A DNA stretch of 64,000 nt, taken from positions 12,772,001 through 12,836,000 of the forward strand of contig NW_026889774.1 in the NCBI RefSeq assembly GCF_033153115.1. The letters run 5' to 3'. The stretch's first letter is position 1; each line of letters begins with the position of its first letter. The notes below the pieces were generated by a model. The model was not told the origin of the DNA and ran no database searches. It saw only the letters and a program-made list of their open reading frames with translations. Shown in pieces: positions 50,855 to 63,357 of the stretch. Made by a program: the position numbers and the translations under genes. The DNA comes from Saccostrea echinata (lineage: Eukaryota).

Positions 50855-53800
50855 ATACCTGGTCTCCCTATAACACTGTAATGTACAATATATGGAGACC
50901 TCTGGTCTCCGTATTCATTCACAACGTTACGTGACCTCTGCATTGTCTCCCTAATTATGTTTTATATAAGAGGACCTCTGGTCTTGGCATTTGTATAAAC
51001 TCTATGTAACCTCTGGTCTCTCTAATGATCAACATAAGGTAACCTTTGATCTCCACAATGAAGTACAACAAAAGCCTAATGATATACAACATAAGGTGAC
51101 CTCTGGTCTCCGTATCGATGTACAATATTAGGTGACCTTTGATTTCCCTATCAATGTAAAATATAAGGTGACCTCTGGTCTCCCTATTGATGTACAATTT
51201 AAAGTGACCTTTGGAATCCCTTATGATGTACACTATAAGGTGTCCTCTGGTCTCTCTACTAATGTACAATATAAGGTGACCTCTAGTCTCCCTATTGATG
51301 TACAATATAAGGTGACCCCTGGTCTCCCTATTGATGTACAATATTAGGTGACCTTTGATTTCCCTATTAATGTAAAATATAAGGTGACTTCTGGTCTCCC
51401 AAGGATGTACAATATAAGGGGACCTCTGGTCACCCTAATGAAGTACACCATATGGGGACCTCTGGTCTCCATATTCATATTATACACAGCCTTATGTGAT
51501 CAGTGGTCTGCAAATGATGAACAATATAAGATGTTCTCTGGTCTTCATATTCATACACAACTTAATGTGACCTCTGGTCTCTTAATAATGTTCACCATAA
51601 GATGACCTCTGGTCACCGTATTCATTAACACTTTTATATAAAATATGGTCTCCCCAGTGATTAACAAAATAAGGGGACCCCAGGTCTCCGCATTCATGTA
51701 CAATATAATGTGACCTCTGGTCTCCCAACTAATGTACAATATAAGGTGACTTCTGGTCTCCCTATTGATGTAAAATAGAAGATGTCCTCTGGTTTCAATA
51801 TTGATATACAATATAAGGTGTCCTCTGGTCTCCCAACTAATGATGATATAAGGGGACCTTTGGTCTCCCTATTGATGTACAATATAACTGATCTCTGGTT
51901 TCCCTATTGCTTTACAATATAAGGTGTCTTCTGGTCTCCCTACTGATGTAGGATATAAGGGACCTGTGGTCTCCCTACTAATGTACAATATAAGGTGACC
52001 TCTGGTCTCCCTATTGATGTCAAATATAAGGTGTCCTCTGGTTTCCCTACTGATGTACAATATAAGGTGTCCTCTGGTCTCCCTACTGATGTAGGATATA
52101 AGGGGACCTTTGGTCTCCCTATTGATGCACAATATAAGTGATCTCTGGTTTCCCTATTGATGTACAATATAAGGTGTCTTCTGGTCTCCCTACTGATGTA
52201 GGATATATTGGGACCTCTGGTCTCCCTAATGATGTACAATAGAAGGTGTCCTCTGGTCTCCCTAGAGATGTAGGATATAAGGGGATCTCTGGTCTCCCTA
52301 ATGATGTAGGATATAAGGGGACCTTTGGTGTTCCTATTGATGTACAATATAAGGGGACCTCTGCTCTCCCTATTGATGTACAAAATAAGTTACCCCTGGT
52401 CTCCATAATTATGTACAATATACAGTGTCCTCTGGTCTCCCTATTGATGTACAATATAAGGTGACCTCTGGTCCCCCTAATTATGTACAATATAAGGTGT
52501 CCTCTGGTCTCCCTATCGATGTACAAAATAAGTTACCTCTGGTCTCCCTAATTCTTTACAATATAAGGTGTCCTCTTGTCTCCGTATTTATGTACAATAT
52601 AAGGTGGCCTTTAGTCTCCCTATTGATGTACAAAATAAGTGACCTCTTGTCTCCCTATTGATGTACAATATAAGGTGACCTCTGGTCTCCCTATTGATGT
52701 ACAATATAAGGGGACCTCTGGTCACCCTAATGAAGTACACCATATGGGGACCTCTGGTCTCCGTATTCATATTATACACAACCTTATGTGAGCAGTGGTC
52801 TGCAAATGATGAACAATATAGGGTGACCTCTGGTCTTCATATTCATACACAACTTTATGTGACCTCTGGTCTCTTGAATAATGTACAACATAAGATGCGA
52901 TCTGGTCTCCGTATTTATTAACACTTTTATATGAAATATGGTCACCCCAATGATTAATAAAATAAGGGGACCCCAGGTCTCCGTATTCATGTACAATATA
53001 ATGTGACTTCTGGTCTCTCTACTAATGTACAATATAAGGTGACCTCTGGTCTCCCTATTGATGTACAATATAAGAGATCTCTGATCTCCCTTTTGATGTA
53101 CAATATAAGGTGTCTTCTGGTCTCCTTATGGATGTAGGATATAAGGGGACCTCTGGTCTCCCTGTTGATGTAGGATATAGGGGACCTCTGGTCTCCCTAT
53201 TGATGTAATATATAAAGTGTCCTCTGATCTCCCTACTGATGTAGGGTATAAGGGGACCTTTGGTCTCCCTGTTGATGTACAAATGATCACTGGTTTCCCT
53301 ATTGATGTACAATACAAGGTGCCCTCTGGTCTCCCTAAAGATGTAGGATATGAGGGGATCTTTGGTCTCCCTTTTGATGTACAATATAAATTATAAGAGA
53401 TCTCTGGTCTCCCTTTTGATGTACAATATAAGGTGTCTTCTGGTCTCCTTATGGATGTAGGATATAAGGGGACCTCTGGTCTCCCTGTTGATGTAGAATA
53501 TAGGGGACCTCTGGTCTCCCTATTGATGTAATATATAAAGTGTCCTCTGGTCTCCCTACTGATGTAGGGTATAAGGGGACCTTTGGTCTCCCTGTTGATG
53601 TACAAATGATCCCTGGTTTCCCTCTTGATGTACAATACAGGGTGCCCTCTGGTCTCCCTAAAGATGTAGGATATGAGGGGACATCTGGTCTCCCTATTAA
53701 TATTTGATATAAGGTGACCTCTGGTCCCCCTATTTATGTACAATATAAGGTGTCCTCTGGTCTCCCTATAGATGTAGGATATAAGGGGACCACCTCTGGT

Positions 53801-53925
53801 CTCCCTATAGATGTAGGGTATAAGGGGACCTCTTGTCTTTCTTTTGATGTACAATACAATGTGATCTTTGGTCCTCCTAATGATGTACAATATAAGGGGA
53901 CCTATGGTCTCCCTATTCATATAAA
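50855..53925 (-). repeat. 36-bp satellite array, right arm, inverted orientation (roughly 80-85 monomers)
   Basis: Monomer attgatgtacaatataaggtgacctctggtctccct on the plus strand. The orientation switch occurs at about 50164. Confidence 0.95.
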
Positions 53926-55255
53926 CTTTATGTTTCCTCTGCTCCCCACATAAAGAATATGGAAACATGAGTTTGTCTTATACTGTACATCAATAAGGAT
54001 ATCAGAGGTCAGACGAAGTGGTATATGAATCAGTAGACCAGAGGTAATCTTATATTGTTCATTATTAGGAAAACATGGGGTCACTTGAAGTTATAAGAAG
54101 ACAATTTAAAAAATGTTGCATGTGAAGAATTATTTTTCAAATTCACTCAAAACAAAACTTGAGACCCTGATTTTTTTTACAAGCAAACAATTTCACAATT
54201 TCTCCAAATTTATTCTCTAAATTTATGTAATTGGATGGGGGATGACATTAGACAACTTTTCCTTCATATACAGTATATGTATCCCACAAGCAATTGACAA
54301 AGGGTCCATGTTTTTTTAAGTTTGTTATTTTGGAAAATATACTAGTAGTTTTGATTCGTTTATGAATTTGATAAGTGTAAATTCCAGGGAAAGGGAAGGA
54401 GAACATCAGCCTCCATCCTTGCAAGACTGGGCATACATCTACTCTGTAAGATTAATATTAACCAGAGGTTTACTAGAGTGTTAAACTGATAAGGTCGCCT
54501 ATTGAGGTATGACCTCAAAAGGGAGACCAAAGGACACCTAATATAATTTATTACCAAATAATTATTCCATTATCTTTAAGGATCAGTGAAGAGTCCGAGC
54601 GGGGTGGGGGGGGCAAGACCTACAATGTACCTCCTCCCCCTATCTGTTAGATCTGCGAATGCAGAGACAGGAGGTCGCCTACCCTGATATATTAAAATGA
54701 GATCAAAGGTTAGCTACTGTGTTAAATAGATACTGTTGCCTTACATGGAATAATAATATCATTAGGGAGACCACAGGTCACCCTACGTAATCCATTGCTG
54801 TATAACTTATATTTTATAATATATTGCAGTCAATGTTGCTCCCCCCTGTATCTTTCCTCATATCAGATGATTATTCCTTTGACAAAAATAGATTTTCTGT
54901 TTGTTGTTTTACACTGTAAAGGCTTCACAGTAGTGCGATTTATTCTATTTTTACTTTACGGTTGCAATGCACTACATTTTGTCGCGGAGTAAACAGGTTT
55001 GATAGCTGTGAACTGAGCCGGTGACCTAAGGTCCTAGTTGAGCGTACGTTTTATCCTTCTGCTTTTCAAATGGCCCAACTCCAGAGCATATCTTTTGTTA
55101 CTGTTAGGATGACGATCTTCCAAAAATTAATCCCCGATGTTTCATTTAATATAACTAGTCACAAATCCTACTATATCGACTCTTTCCATTTTAAAGACGA
55201 GTCATATTTGCTTACAAAACTCACCTACAATAAAAGCTGTTTTCTGATTGGTTCC

Positions 55256-55448
55256 TACAGATGCCGGTTGGTGCCAGGTAGAAAAAATATTTTATCTGGC
55301 GGCCGCCAAATAATTTTCTGGTGGCCGCCAGATAACTTATCTGGCGGCCGCCAGATAAAATATTTTTCTTATCTGGCGGCCGCCAGAAAATTATTTGGCG
55401 GCCGCCAGATAAAATATTTGTTCTACCTGGCACCTACCGGCTTCCGTA
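55256..55448. mobile_element. Palindromic MITE with internal GCGGCCGC repeats and 6-bp TSD
   Basis: TIR tacagatgccggttggtgccaggtagaa / ttctacctggcacctaccggcttccgta, GGTTCC on both flanks, four NotI sites plus one variant. Confidence 0.85.
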
Positions 55449-55571
55449 GGTTCCAGTCCTAGACCAGGAACAAATGAAATGGTAGCTTTCTAGCCCAACT
55501 TTTAGATAACGACTTATGTCAAGGGTTTGTGTGAAGTTCCAAAATCACAAAACCTTGACATTGTGAGGATG

Positions 55572-56555
55572 TCCAGATCCAAGACCATTGTCCCCTCCAA
55601 AGCCCAGACCTTAGTCACCCCTTCATGAACCCAGTTCGTAGTAGCCCCTTACAGGGCTAGTACCTTAGTCACCCCTTCATGAACCCAGATCTTAGTAGCC
55701 CCTTACAGGGCTAGTACTTTAGTTACCCCTTCATTATCCAAGACCAAATTCAATTCTATCTGAGACCATAGTTATCCCTTCTTTGGCCAAGACCTTTGTC
55801 ATCCCTTCCTGAACCCAGACCTAAGTTATCCCTTCTGGAGCCCAGACATAAAACTCTTTTTCCTGAACCCAAACGTTAGTAAAGTTTCCTAAGCTCAGAC
55901 TTTTAGTCACCCTTTCCTGAACCAAGACTTTAACCAGCCTTTCCTGAATTCAGAAATACAGACTTAATTCATATGTTTTTGATCCCAATTCTAAGTCAGA
56001 CCTTCCTGAGTTGAGACCATAGTCACCCCTTATACAGCCAAGACCTTTGTGGTCCCTTCCTTAGCTCAGACCTTAATCAGCCTTGCCTGAGCTCAGACCT
56101 TAGACATTCCTCCTTTATACTTGACCTCAGCAACCTCTTTCTGAGCCCTGAATTTAGTTGGCACCTTAAGCCCCGACCTAAATCAGCCCTCTCTGAGCCC
56201 AGAACTTATTCACTCCTTCCAGTACCCAGACCTTAATCAGCCGTCTCTGAGCCCAGAACTTATTCACCCCTTCCAGCCCAGTCCTTATTTAGCCCTTCCT
56301 GAGCTTATACCTTAATCAGTCCTTTATGAAACCAGAACTAATTCATCGCTTTCTGAGCTCAGACCTTATTCATTCATTTTTAAGCCCAGACCCTAATCAG
56401 CCTTTCCTGACACCGACTTTATTAATCCCTTTTTGAGCCTAGACCTGAATCAGCTCTCCTGAGCCCAGACCTGTCACCCCTCCCTGAGCTCACACTTTTT
56501 TTTAGCCCTTACTTAGCCCAAATCTTTATCAGCCCTTCTTGAGCACAAACCTTAT
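55572..56555. repeat. Degenerate tandem repeat of about 27 bp (continues at 47215-47270 on the other side of the 8.3-kb insertion)
   Basis: Approximate consensus cccttcctgagcccagaccttaatcag. Confidence 0.8.
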
Positions 56556-56822
56556 CCAAATTAAACATCTATGGGATGAAACGGGAAGACGTACGTGAGC
56601 CGCAGTTAGAAAATGCACACTTTCAAGCGAAGTTGGGTTACTTGAGGAATTCAATGTTTAATTTTCAATCAGGAAGAACTGTCTAGGTGAAAATACCAAA
56701 CAGAGGCCACATCGTTTAATGACATTGTATATTATTATTTATTTATTCGCAGAAATAAATTTAACCCCATATAACCTTCTTTGTGTTCAGGAGAAATTTA
56801 TAACATGACCGTTTAATTTTAA

Positions 56823-57141
56823 GGTCAGACGACACGTTCCTCGAAAATATATAATTTTTCCCAAGAATTTGCCATTTGCCATATCGCTACTTAAACAAGT
56901 TTCCTCACCAAAAATTGAGATACCTTACCAGGCATTTGGGCAAGATACCAGAGGGTGATATTTCTTATATAATCCTTATGGGTAATCTTTTGAATTGTCA
57001 ATGTCACAATTTTTGGTATACTTATTTTAAAAAACACAATGAAAACAATTTAGAAATCACAAGAGAATGACAATTATGAATAATTTTTGATATAATACCA
57101 AGGTATACAAAACATATCTTTGAGGAACGTGTCGTCTGACC
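56823..57141. mobile_element. Kolobok-like MITE (TTAA TSD, GG termini)
   Basis: TTAA|ggtcagacgacacgttcctc ... gaggaacgtgtcgtctgacc|TTAA, a perfect 20-bp TIR. Confidence 0.85.
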
Positions 57142-57302
57142 TTAATATTGATATCCTATTCCCTTAATCTCTAATTATATTCTTTATTTGCTTTTTTTTT
57201 CAAAATGTGTGTGTTCCTAGTAAAAGGACAAACACGATGCTATGAAAGAAAACGGATTTTCAAATGCCCTGCACATACCAATATGTATTTATTTATTTAT
57301 TT

Positions 57303-57341
<39 letters not shown>

Positions 57342-57539
57342 TATAAACCACAAAAACACTAGGATGCATTTAACACTAATTAGGTGAATAAACATTGAGG
57401 TGTTATGAAAGCATGCAACCTCTACAAAGTTACGAATATCCAAATTATTTATTCGTTGATCAATTCTTCGCAAGGACCCAGAGAGAGAGAGAGAGAAAGA
57501 GAGAATTGTGCACACCACAGATATTCTTTATACCCGGCT

Positions 57540-57666
57540 GGTAGTCCGAAATATCTGACGTTTTCCAGGCTTTTTTCACGATTTTGATATTTTACGTGCC
57601 AGGAAAAAACGTATAATATCAAAATCGTGAAAAAAGCCTGGAAAACGTCAGATATTTCGGACTACC
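57540..57666. repeat. Near-perfect 127-bp palindrome, internally deleted derivative of the 40270-40821 MITE family
   Basis: Arms ggtagtccgaaatatctgacgttttccaggcttttttcacgattttgatatt..., loop gccaggaaaaa. Confidence 0.9.
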
Positions 57667-58871
57667 CGGCTGGGTGAGGGGGTAGAATGAATTTTCTAAA
57701 AGTCAAGTTCAATATTTGATAAATAGGAACGGCTATATGCTCGTGATAGATTAGCCAGAGTACTTATAATCAAAGTCACATCCGTTACATTCATTCTCCA
57801 TTGCACAATACAATGGAAAATAAACTGAGAATCCACATCTTAAACTGATTTCATGTCCGGAAACTAAAGTAGTGAAAGTCCACAAATTAAGGCGCGTCTT
57901 GCTTGATGTCTTCCAAATTCCTTACGCTGTCGTCTGTTTAAACCACCTATCGGAATTCCCTTTCGTGTGGCCCCGGATTGTGCTCAGATTAAATTTTCTT
58001 CCGTGTCTAGCTTTGTCAGTTGAAATGCACTTCGTTAGAATTTCTGACATAAGATAAAAATCAGCAGAAGTCTTTGATTTTTCCTATCCCATTTGGAATA
58101 CTACCAGAAGCTGGACACGACAATCGGTATCTACTGAGGTAAGTAAAATTTTTCACGGGGTGGGGGTTAGGAGGTACATTGGCTCCTAAACCCTCATTGG
58201 ACTTTGTGTCCATGTCGGATAGCCTGTGTCCATGTCTCACAGATTGTCAAAATCAACAACCCAGACATGTTTAAAAATGTTTATTCATTCTTATAGTTTG
58301 TCAAATTTGAATCACTTGGTTTCCTATTTGATTGACGTCTCTTTAAAATGTCTTATATGCCTATCTATTAGATATACACATGTGACCTACTTATATATCC
58401 GTTATAGCTATACATCGAGTTGACAGTCAAATGAAAGTGAGGGTTCAGTAAAGGTCAATTCCTGTACATGTCTCTAGACTTTGAAACTTAACACTAATTA
58501 ATACACTTAATTATTTATTTGACAGGTAGTAAATTATGCGGGGAAAAGCAAGGGGAATATATAGAATATGTAAAAGGTTTTGCCTCATAGTACAATTTTC
58601 TACACGATCTGGAGTCGTGGACAGCAGGGGGTCCAGTTTCCAACTGACGATCTTGTATTAAACAATCAAGTTATAATTATCATTCTCTAAAAAAAAGTAT
58701 TAAATGAAGAGTAACTTCGAACATACAAACACAATTAGCATGAAGGGATTTTATACTCAGTTACCGAAAATACCGGTAGTATCCAAATGTCCTGCATTTA
58801 AGGTATCAAATTAAAAAAAAGGAAATTATTTCACTCAAAATTTGCCTATTGCACACAGTGACAATAATCAT

Positions 58872-59568
58872 TTAAATCCCCGATTCACGCCTTCTTGTTT
58901 CCGATTTTTCCGGTGTTACTGGGATCGAGCATTTCCGACAATTTGTGGATTGGGCACTGTTTTTTGGGGCTCCACTGGACGGAGCTTCTTGGTCTTGTTG
59001 AATCATTCGTTCGATCACTTACTTCTCTGTCCTCAATGTTGCCAAGAAGGAAAACACTTTGTTCTACATTTTCTTTTTATAGTGACAATCAGTTGCTGAC
59101 ATCCTAGATTTTTTTTTCAGAAGTTCCCTGATCGTGTCTCTTGGCGTATTTTCCGGCAAAGAAACATTTTCCTCTCAAAAACCATTTGTTAGTAAAACTG
59201 TCCTTCTGCTTGTCGTCTGTACCAGAATTTTTCAATTTTAGCTTTCAAAGTTCAGATTGAATCTCGAAAAAAAAAGTTTGAATCTCGATTACACTGAGCG
59301 ATGAAAATGGCAATGGTTAGTCTCTAGTCCAGCTGTTCCCCTTTGGTATTTACCCAGTGTTCAATAAATGTGATCCGTTTCGATGGCGCACGTTGTTTTT
59401 GAAGAGTTTGCAATTCTGGTGTTCTAAAAATCCACCCAAAGTAACTTTTGAAACTTTGTGTTGCAGTCTTGCAAATGGCCTATCATCGTGAGGTTGTTCG
59501 TAATCCTTTAAGCACAAACCATGACTGAGATCATCAAGGATTTGAAGGTTGTTCAAACAATTGGTCAC
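58872..59568 (-). pseudogene. Possible decayed coding remnant, unidentified
   Basis: Protein-like stretches broken by stops and frameshifts, e.g. KAKIEKFWYRRQAEGQFY* and LPENTPRDTIRELLKKKSR...KKM*NKVFSFLATLRTEK*VIERMIQQDQE. Confidence 0.3.
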
Positions 59569-59787
59569 ACTTAGGTAACACTAAATTGAGCTACCAAGTT
59601 TCAACAACAAACAAGCATTTTATCTATACATAGCGTAGATACTAGTATATAAAAAAAGTATATAAGATAAGATTTATTGAAACCAATTAGGGTACCTTGA
59701 GCATACAAGTAAAGAGTAACACACTTAAGAAGAAAGTCAAATTTGAAAGAGAAATTTTTCTTTATTTATTAAATTATAATAAAAAAA

Positions 59788-60077
59788 AAAGATGTGTTTG
59801 TGAAACACTGATGCCCCCGTATGGCAACTTATAGCAAAGGTTAAACTTTCTCAAATGCAAATCAAATATGTTGGTACCCAAAGTAAAGTCTTGTCTCGAG
59901 GAATATACCTGTGAAATATATAGCTCTAGCAGCAACCACTGAATAGATATGGAAAAGGTTAAAGTTTTTCAAAAGTAAGTCAAACATCAAGATCAAGGTC
60001 AAATGGTAAAATACTGGTGAAATATGAAAGCTGAAGCACCAATCGTTCAAAAGTTATGACCAAGGTTTAGGTTTTCC

Positions 60078-60108
<31 letters not shown>

Positions 60109-60459
60109 ATGGATTACAATTGTTGGTATCCAAAGGAAGGTCTTGTCACAAGGATTACATATCTGAAGTATGACATCCCTAGCACCAACGGTTCACAAGT
60201 TATGGCCAAGGTTAAAGTTCGGTAAAATTTTGTAAAACTAGGTCAAACTCCAAGGTCAAAAGGTCAAATATGGTGACACCCAAAGAAAGGTCTTGTCACA
60301 AGGAATACACATGTGAAATATGAAAGCCATAGCTCCAACCGATCAAAAGTTATGGGCAATGTTAAAGTTTTTGCAGACAAACAGAAAAACGGACAGACAG
60401 ACAGACGGACGGACAGGGCAAAAACTATATACCCCCGAATCTTCGATACGGGGGCATAA
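59788..60459 (-). mobile_element. Non-autonomous Helentron-type element
   Basis: Subterminal inverted repeat atgcccccg / cgggggcat, core repeats containing caaggtcaa, a GACA/GACG microsatellite at about 60375-60417 and a terminal stem-loop. Confidence 0.8.
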
Positions 60460-61346
60460 AAAGATCATGTCTATTTCGTTTATATAAGGGAAATTCAATC
60501 AGTGAATGAATCTCATCTTCCACACAATTCATGTCATACATTCTACTAATTCTTTCAAGGATGGTTTGCTGTCCTTCCGTGTTTATAATTATTCCATATC
60601 TTTCACTTTCAATCCTGAGGTTATGTGTGCTTACTCATTTTTTAAAAATAAAAACTTTTCAATTTCAAAACTTCTTTTTATACGGAAATATGTTGCAAGT
60701 TTATCTGACAGACAACCTCTTTCTCTTTTTCAGAAACCAGTATTGTCGGATATCATCTAATACTTTTTTTTAGTTGTTTCTTAAAAGTTATAAGCTTCAT
60801 TGATTTACACATAGACCATGGTATGCCCATTTTCTCACATAAATATGTTACATCCAAAAAAATTTACAGTATTATAAAATGCATGTACATATTCTGTGTA
60901 TATTTTCTTTGGAACAGGCTAGGGCAAAGATGGGGTCATTACTTTATGATAAAAAAAAAGGATCTTCAAAAATTCCTGAATTAAGGAACACCAAATCTAC
61001 TTTATTATTGAGAAATTGGTTTGCAGTTGTATTGCACCTATATTTCTTTTAACCCCCCCCCCCCCATAACATCTTACTCACATCAAAGCATTTCCATGTA
61101 CAGAGTTAAAACGTGTATAATTAAGAAGGATCTTCTCCCTCTTTAGCAGTATGTAATCAAATCTGGACGTCCCTGAATGCGGACATAATGGAATCAAGTG
61201 TTATATAACACAATATACAGGAAAATATTCTGAAATGTCAAGTGTATTCAGGCTGTAAATGGCTACATTGAAATATGAAGCGTTTATTCATGTTTGTTGA
61301 AAGGAAGTCAAAGTATAAAATTATTATCTATGATAAGTGTATAGTG

Positions 61347-62335
61347 AAAGGATGACTGCACTTAACGCCTGTTTTTGGGTCTTTTTCGGTTGCTTCTGTT
61401 GCTTTTAAATCTAAACCTTATCTCACTTTTGTGTGTTTATGAAAGAATACTGTCAATTTGGAACCACATTTAAATCTTAAAATGATTTTAGACTGTGATA
61501 CAATAAAATGATTCAATGTTTTTTGTCCTTACTGCTTTCCAAATATAGTGAATTTACACTTACCTGCCCTTAATTGAACATTAGATATGCATGAGAGGCG
61601 GAGCTAACATTGTTAGAGTGGGTCTAAAATTAGACTTGATAAATAACAATGACATGTTTGGAAAAAACGAACGTGATCACTCTTTCCAATCCCCCTCTCC
61701 ATTCTGTATGGCACAAATACACTTCTGACAAAGGCTTCAAAACGAAATTAACAATACGAGCACGTCAATGTAATTAAAGCATATTTTATATCAATGCCAG
61801 ATGACTTAACGTGTTCGAACACAATGTCCTAGTTAGCACTTAACATGCTACCTTACAAGTCACGTGACGGAATTTAGTATTCACAAAGTTACCTGAGATA
61901 AGAAATCACGTGGTGAATTATAATATTCAACATGTCACAATCCTTGGTTACAACACAGAGAGCGAATGTAAGAAGAAGCCGTTTTTTCTCTTTTTAACCA
62001 TGAGCTCATGTTTGTCTATTAATCTCCTTTTGACACATTATTATTTATGCAAATATACAACTACTGTTACACGTAGAACAGACAAACATACTCTGACTAT
62101 GTATAAAGTCAGTAAAAAAGTGGGCGTCCTCATTATCGAACGGAGATTCAAGAAATTGTGATGACCCCTGCCTTTGAAAACAGATTCGAACTTCGTAAAT
62201 ACACACTTTTATTAAACCTAATTACATAAAGTTGTAGATTGGATGTTGACCATTCTTGCAATGAAAAGAAAAATCCTTGTTTTGAAAGTTTATTTTGTCG
62301 CAAATTCCGCATGTCCTTAAGTGCAGTCATCCTTT
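61347..62335. mobile_element. Insertion of about 1 kb bounded by perfect 19-bp inverted repeats, unclassified
   Basis: aaaggatgactgcacttaa (61347-61365) and ttaagtgcagtcatccttt (62317-62335). No clear TSD. Confidence 0.65.
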
Positions 62336-62458
62336 GTCCAATATGGTGCCGTTGGCGTCAACATGAAGCACCAGTGGACACCCGACTTTTACAGATATGA
62401 TATTCACTGAGAATGACGAAGTAGCAGCTAGTAGAAAGTCATCCTATGTCAGAAATCT

Positions 62459-63357
62459 AAACCAGAGGTCTCTGTCGAGACTGTAGCTCTACTGGTTTGT
62501 ACTTGTAACAAGGGAAGAAAAAAGTAGCTTGACTTGGACTTGAAACTTTGCAACAACAATAAATAGAATGATTCTTGATTTAGTCTCTTTTTGTGGCGAG
62601 ATTGCAATCAAATTAAAACTGGGGGAGTAGCGTTTTAAAAGAATTTTACAGAAATTTCGATTTTAGTTACCATGGCAACATCATTCACCTTAATCAAAAA
62701 ACAAAAAAGACAGTTATGTACTAGTATCTCATTGTAGTCTACTTGTGTGCCAAGTTATTTTGAAATCAGACCAAAACTGTAGGAGGAGTAGCATTTTGAA
62801 TGTATTTCGAAGAAATTTCCAATTTTAGTAACCATGGAAACACCGTTCATTGAAATCGAAAACAACTACAGAGAAATATGTATCTTTATCTAGTCTACTT
62901 GTGTGCCAAGTAATGCTGAAATCAGACCAAAACTGTGGGAGGATAAGCATTTTGGAACCATTTCAAAGAAATTTCTATTTTTAGTAACCATGGCAACACC
63001 GCTCATCGAAATCAAAAACCGATAAAGAGAATTATGCATCTTAGTGTAGTCTATATATGTGCTTAGTGATATTGAAATCAGACTAAAACTGTTGGAGGAG
63101 TAGCATTTTGAGGGTATTTCACAGAAATTTCTATTTTTAGCAACCACGACAACACCGTTCATCAAAATCAAAAACCGATACACAGAATTATGTACCTTAG
63201 TGTAGTCTACTTGTCTGCCAAGTTATATTGAAACCAGACCAAAATTGTAGGAGGAGTAGCATTTTGAAGAATTGTTTGCAGACGGACAGACAGACGGACG
63301 GACGGAGGACACCTTACCATCGCATAAGCTCTTCTGGTCTCTGACCGGTAGAGCTAA
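62459..63357 (-). mobile_element. Non-autonomous Helentron-type (pearl/CvA-like) element with 156-bp core repeats
   Basis: Core repeat phase at 62735, 62891, 63047, 63203. GACG microsatellite at 63281-63306. Subterminal inverted repeat tagctctac / gtagagcta. Confidence 0.85.

Larger units (their letters stand above)
47271..55571. mobile_element. 8.3-kb foldback-like non-autonomous DNA transposon with 61-bp TIRs, 9-bp TSD and inverted satellite arrays
   Basis: TIRs at 47271-47331 and 55511-55571 (3 mismatches). TSD TCCAGATCC at 47262-47270 and 55572-55580. A second 43-bp inverted box at 47421-47463 / 55020-55062. Interrupts a 27-bp tandem repeat present on both sides. Confidence 0.9.

Noticed and set aside
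48329-53968. Many ORFs with RETRGHLILYIN repeats; superficial CRISPR-like 36-bp periodicity
   Set aside because: The monomers abut with no unique spacers and there are no cas genes. The ORFs arise because 36 is a multiple of 3, occur on both strands and are frequently frameshifted.
55070-55462. ORFs with LSGGRQI repeats
   Set aside because: Translation of the palindromic NotI-rich MITE.
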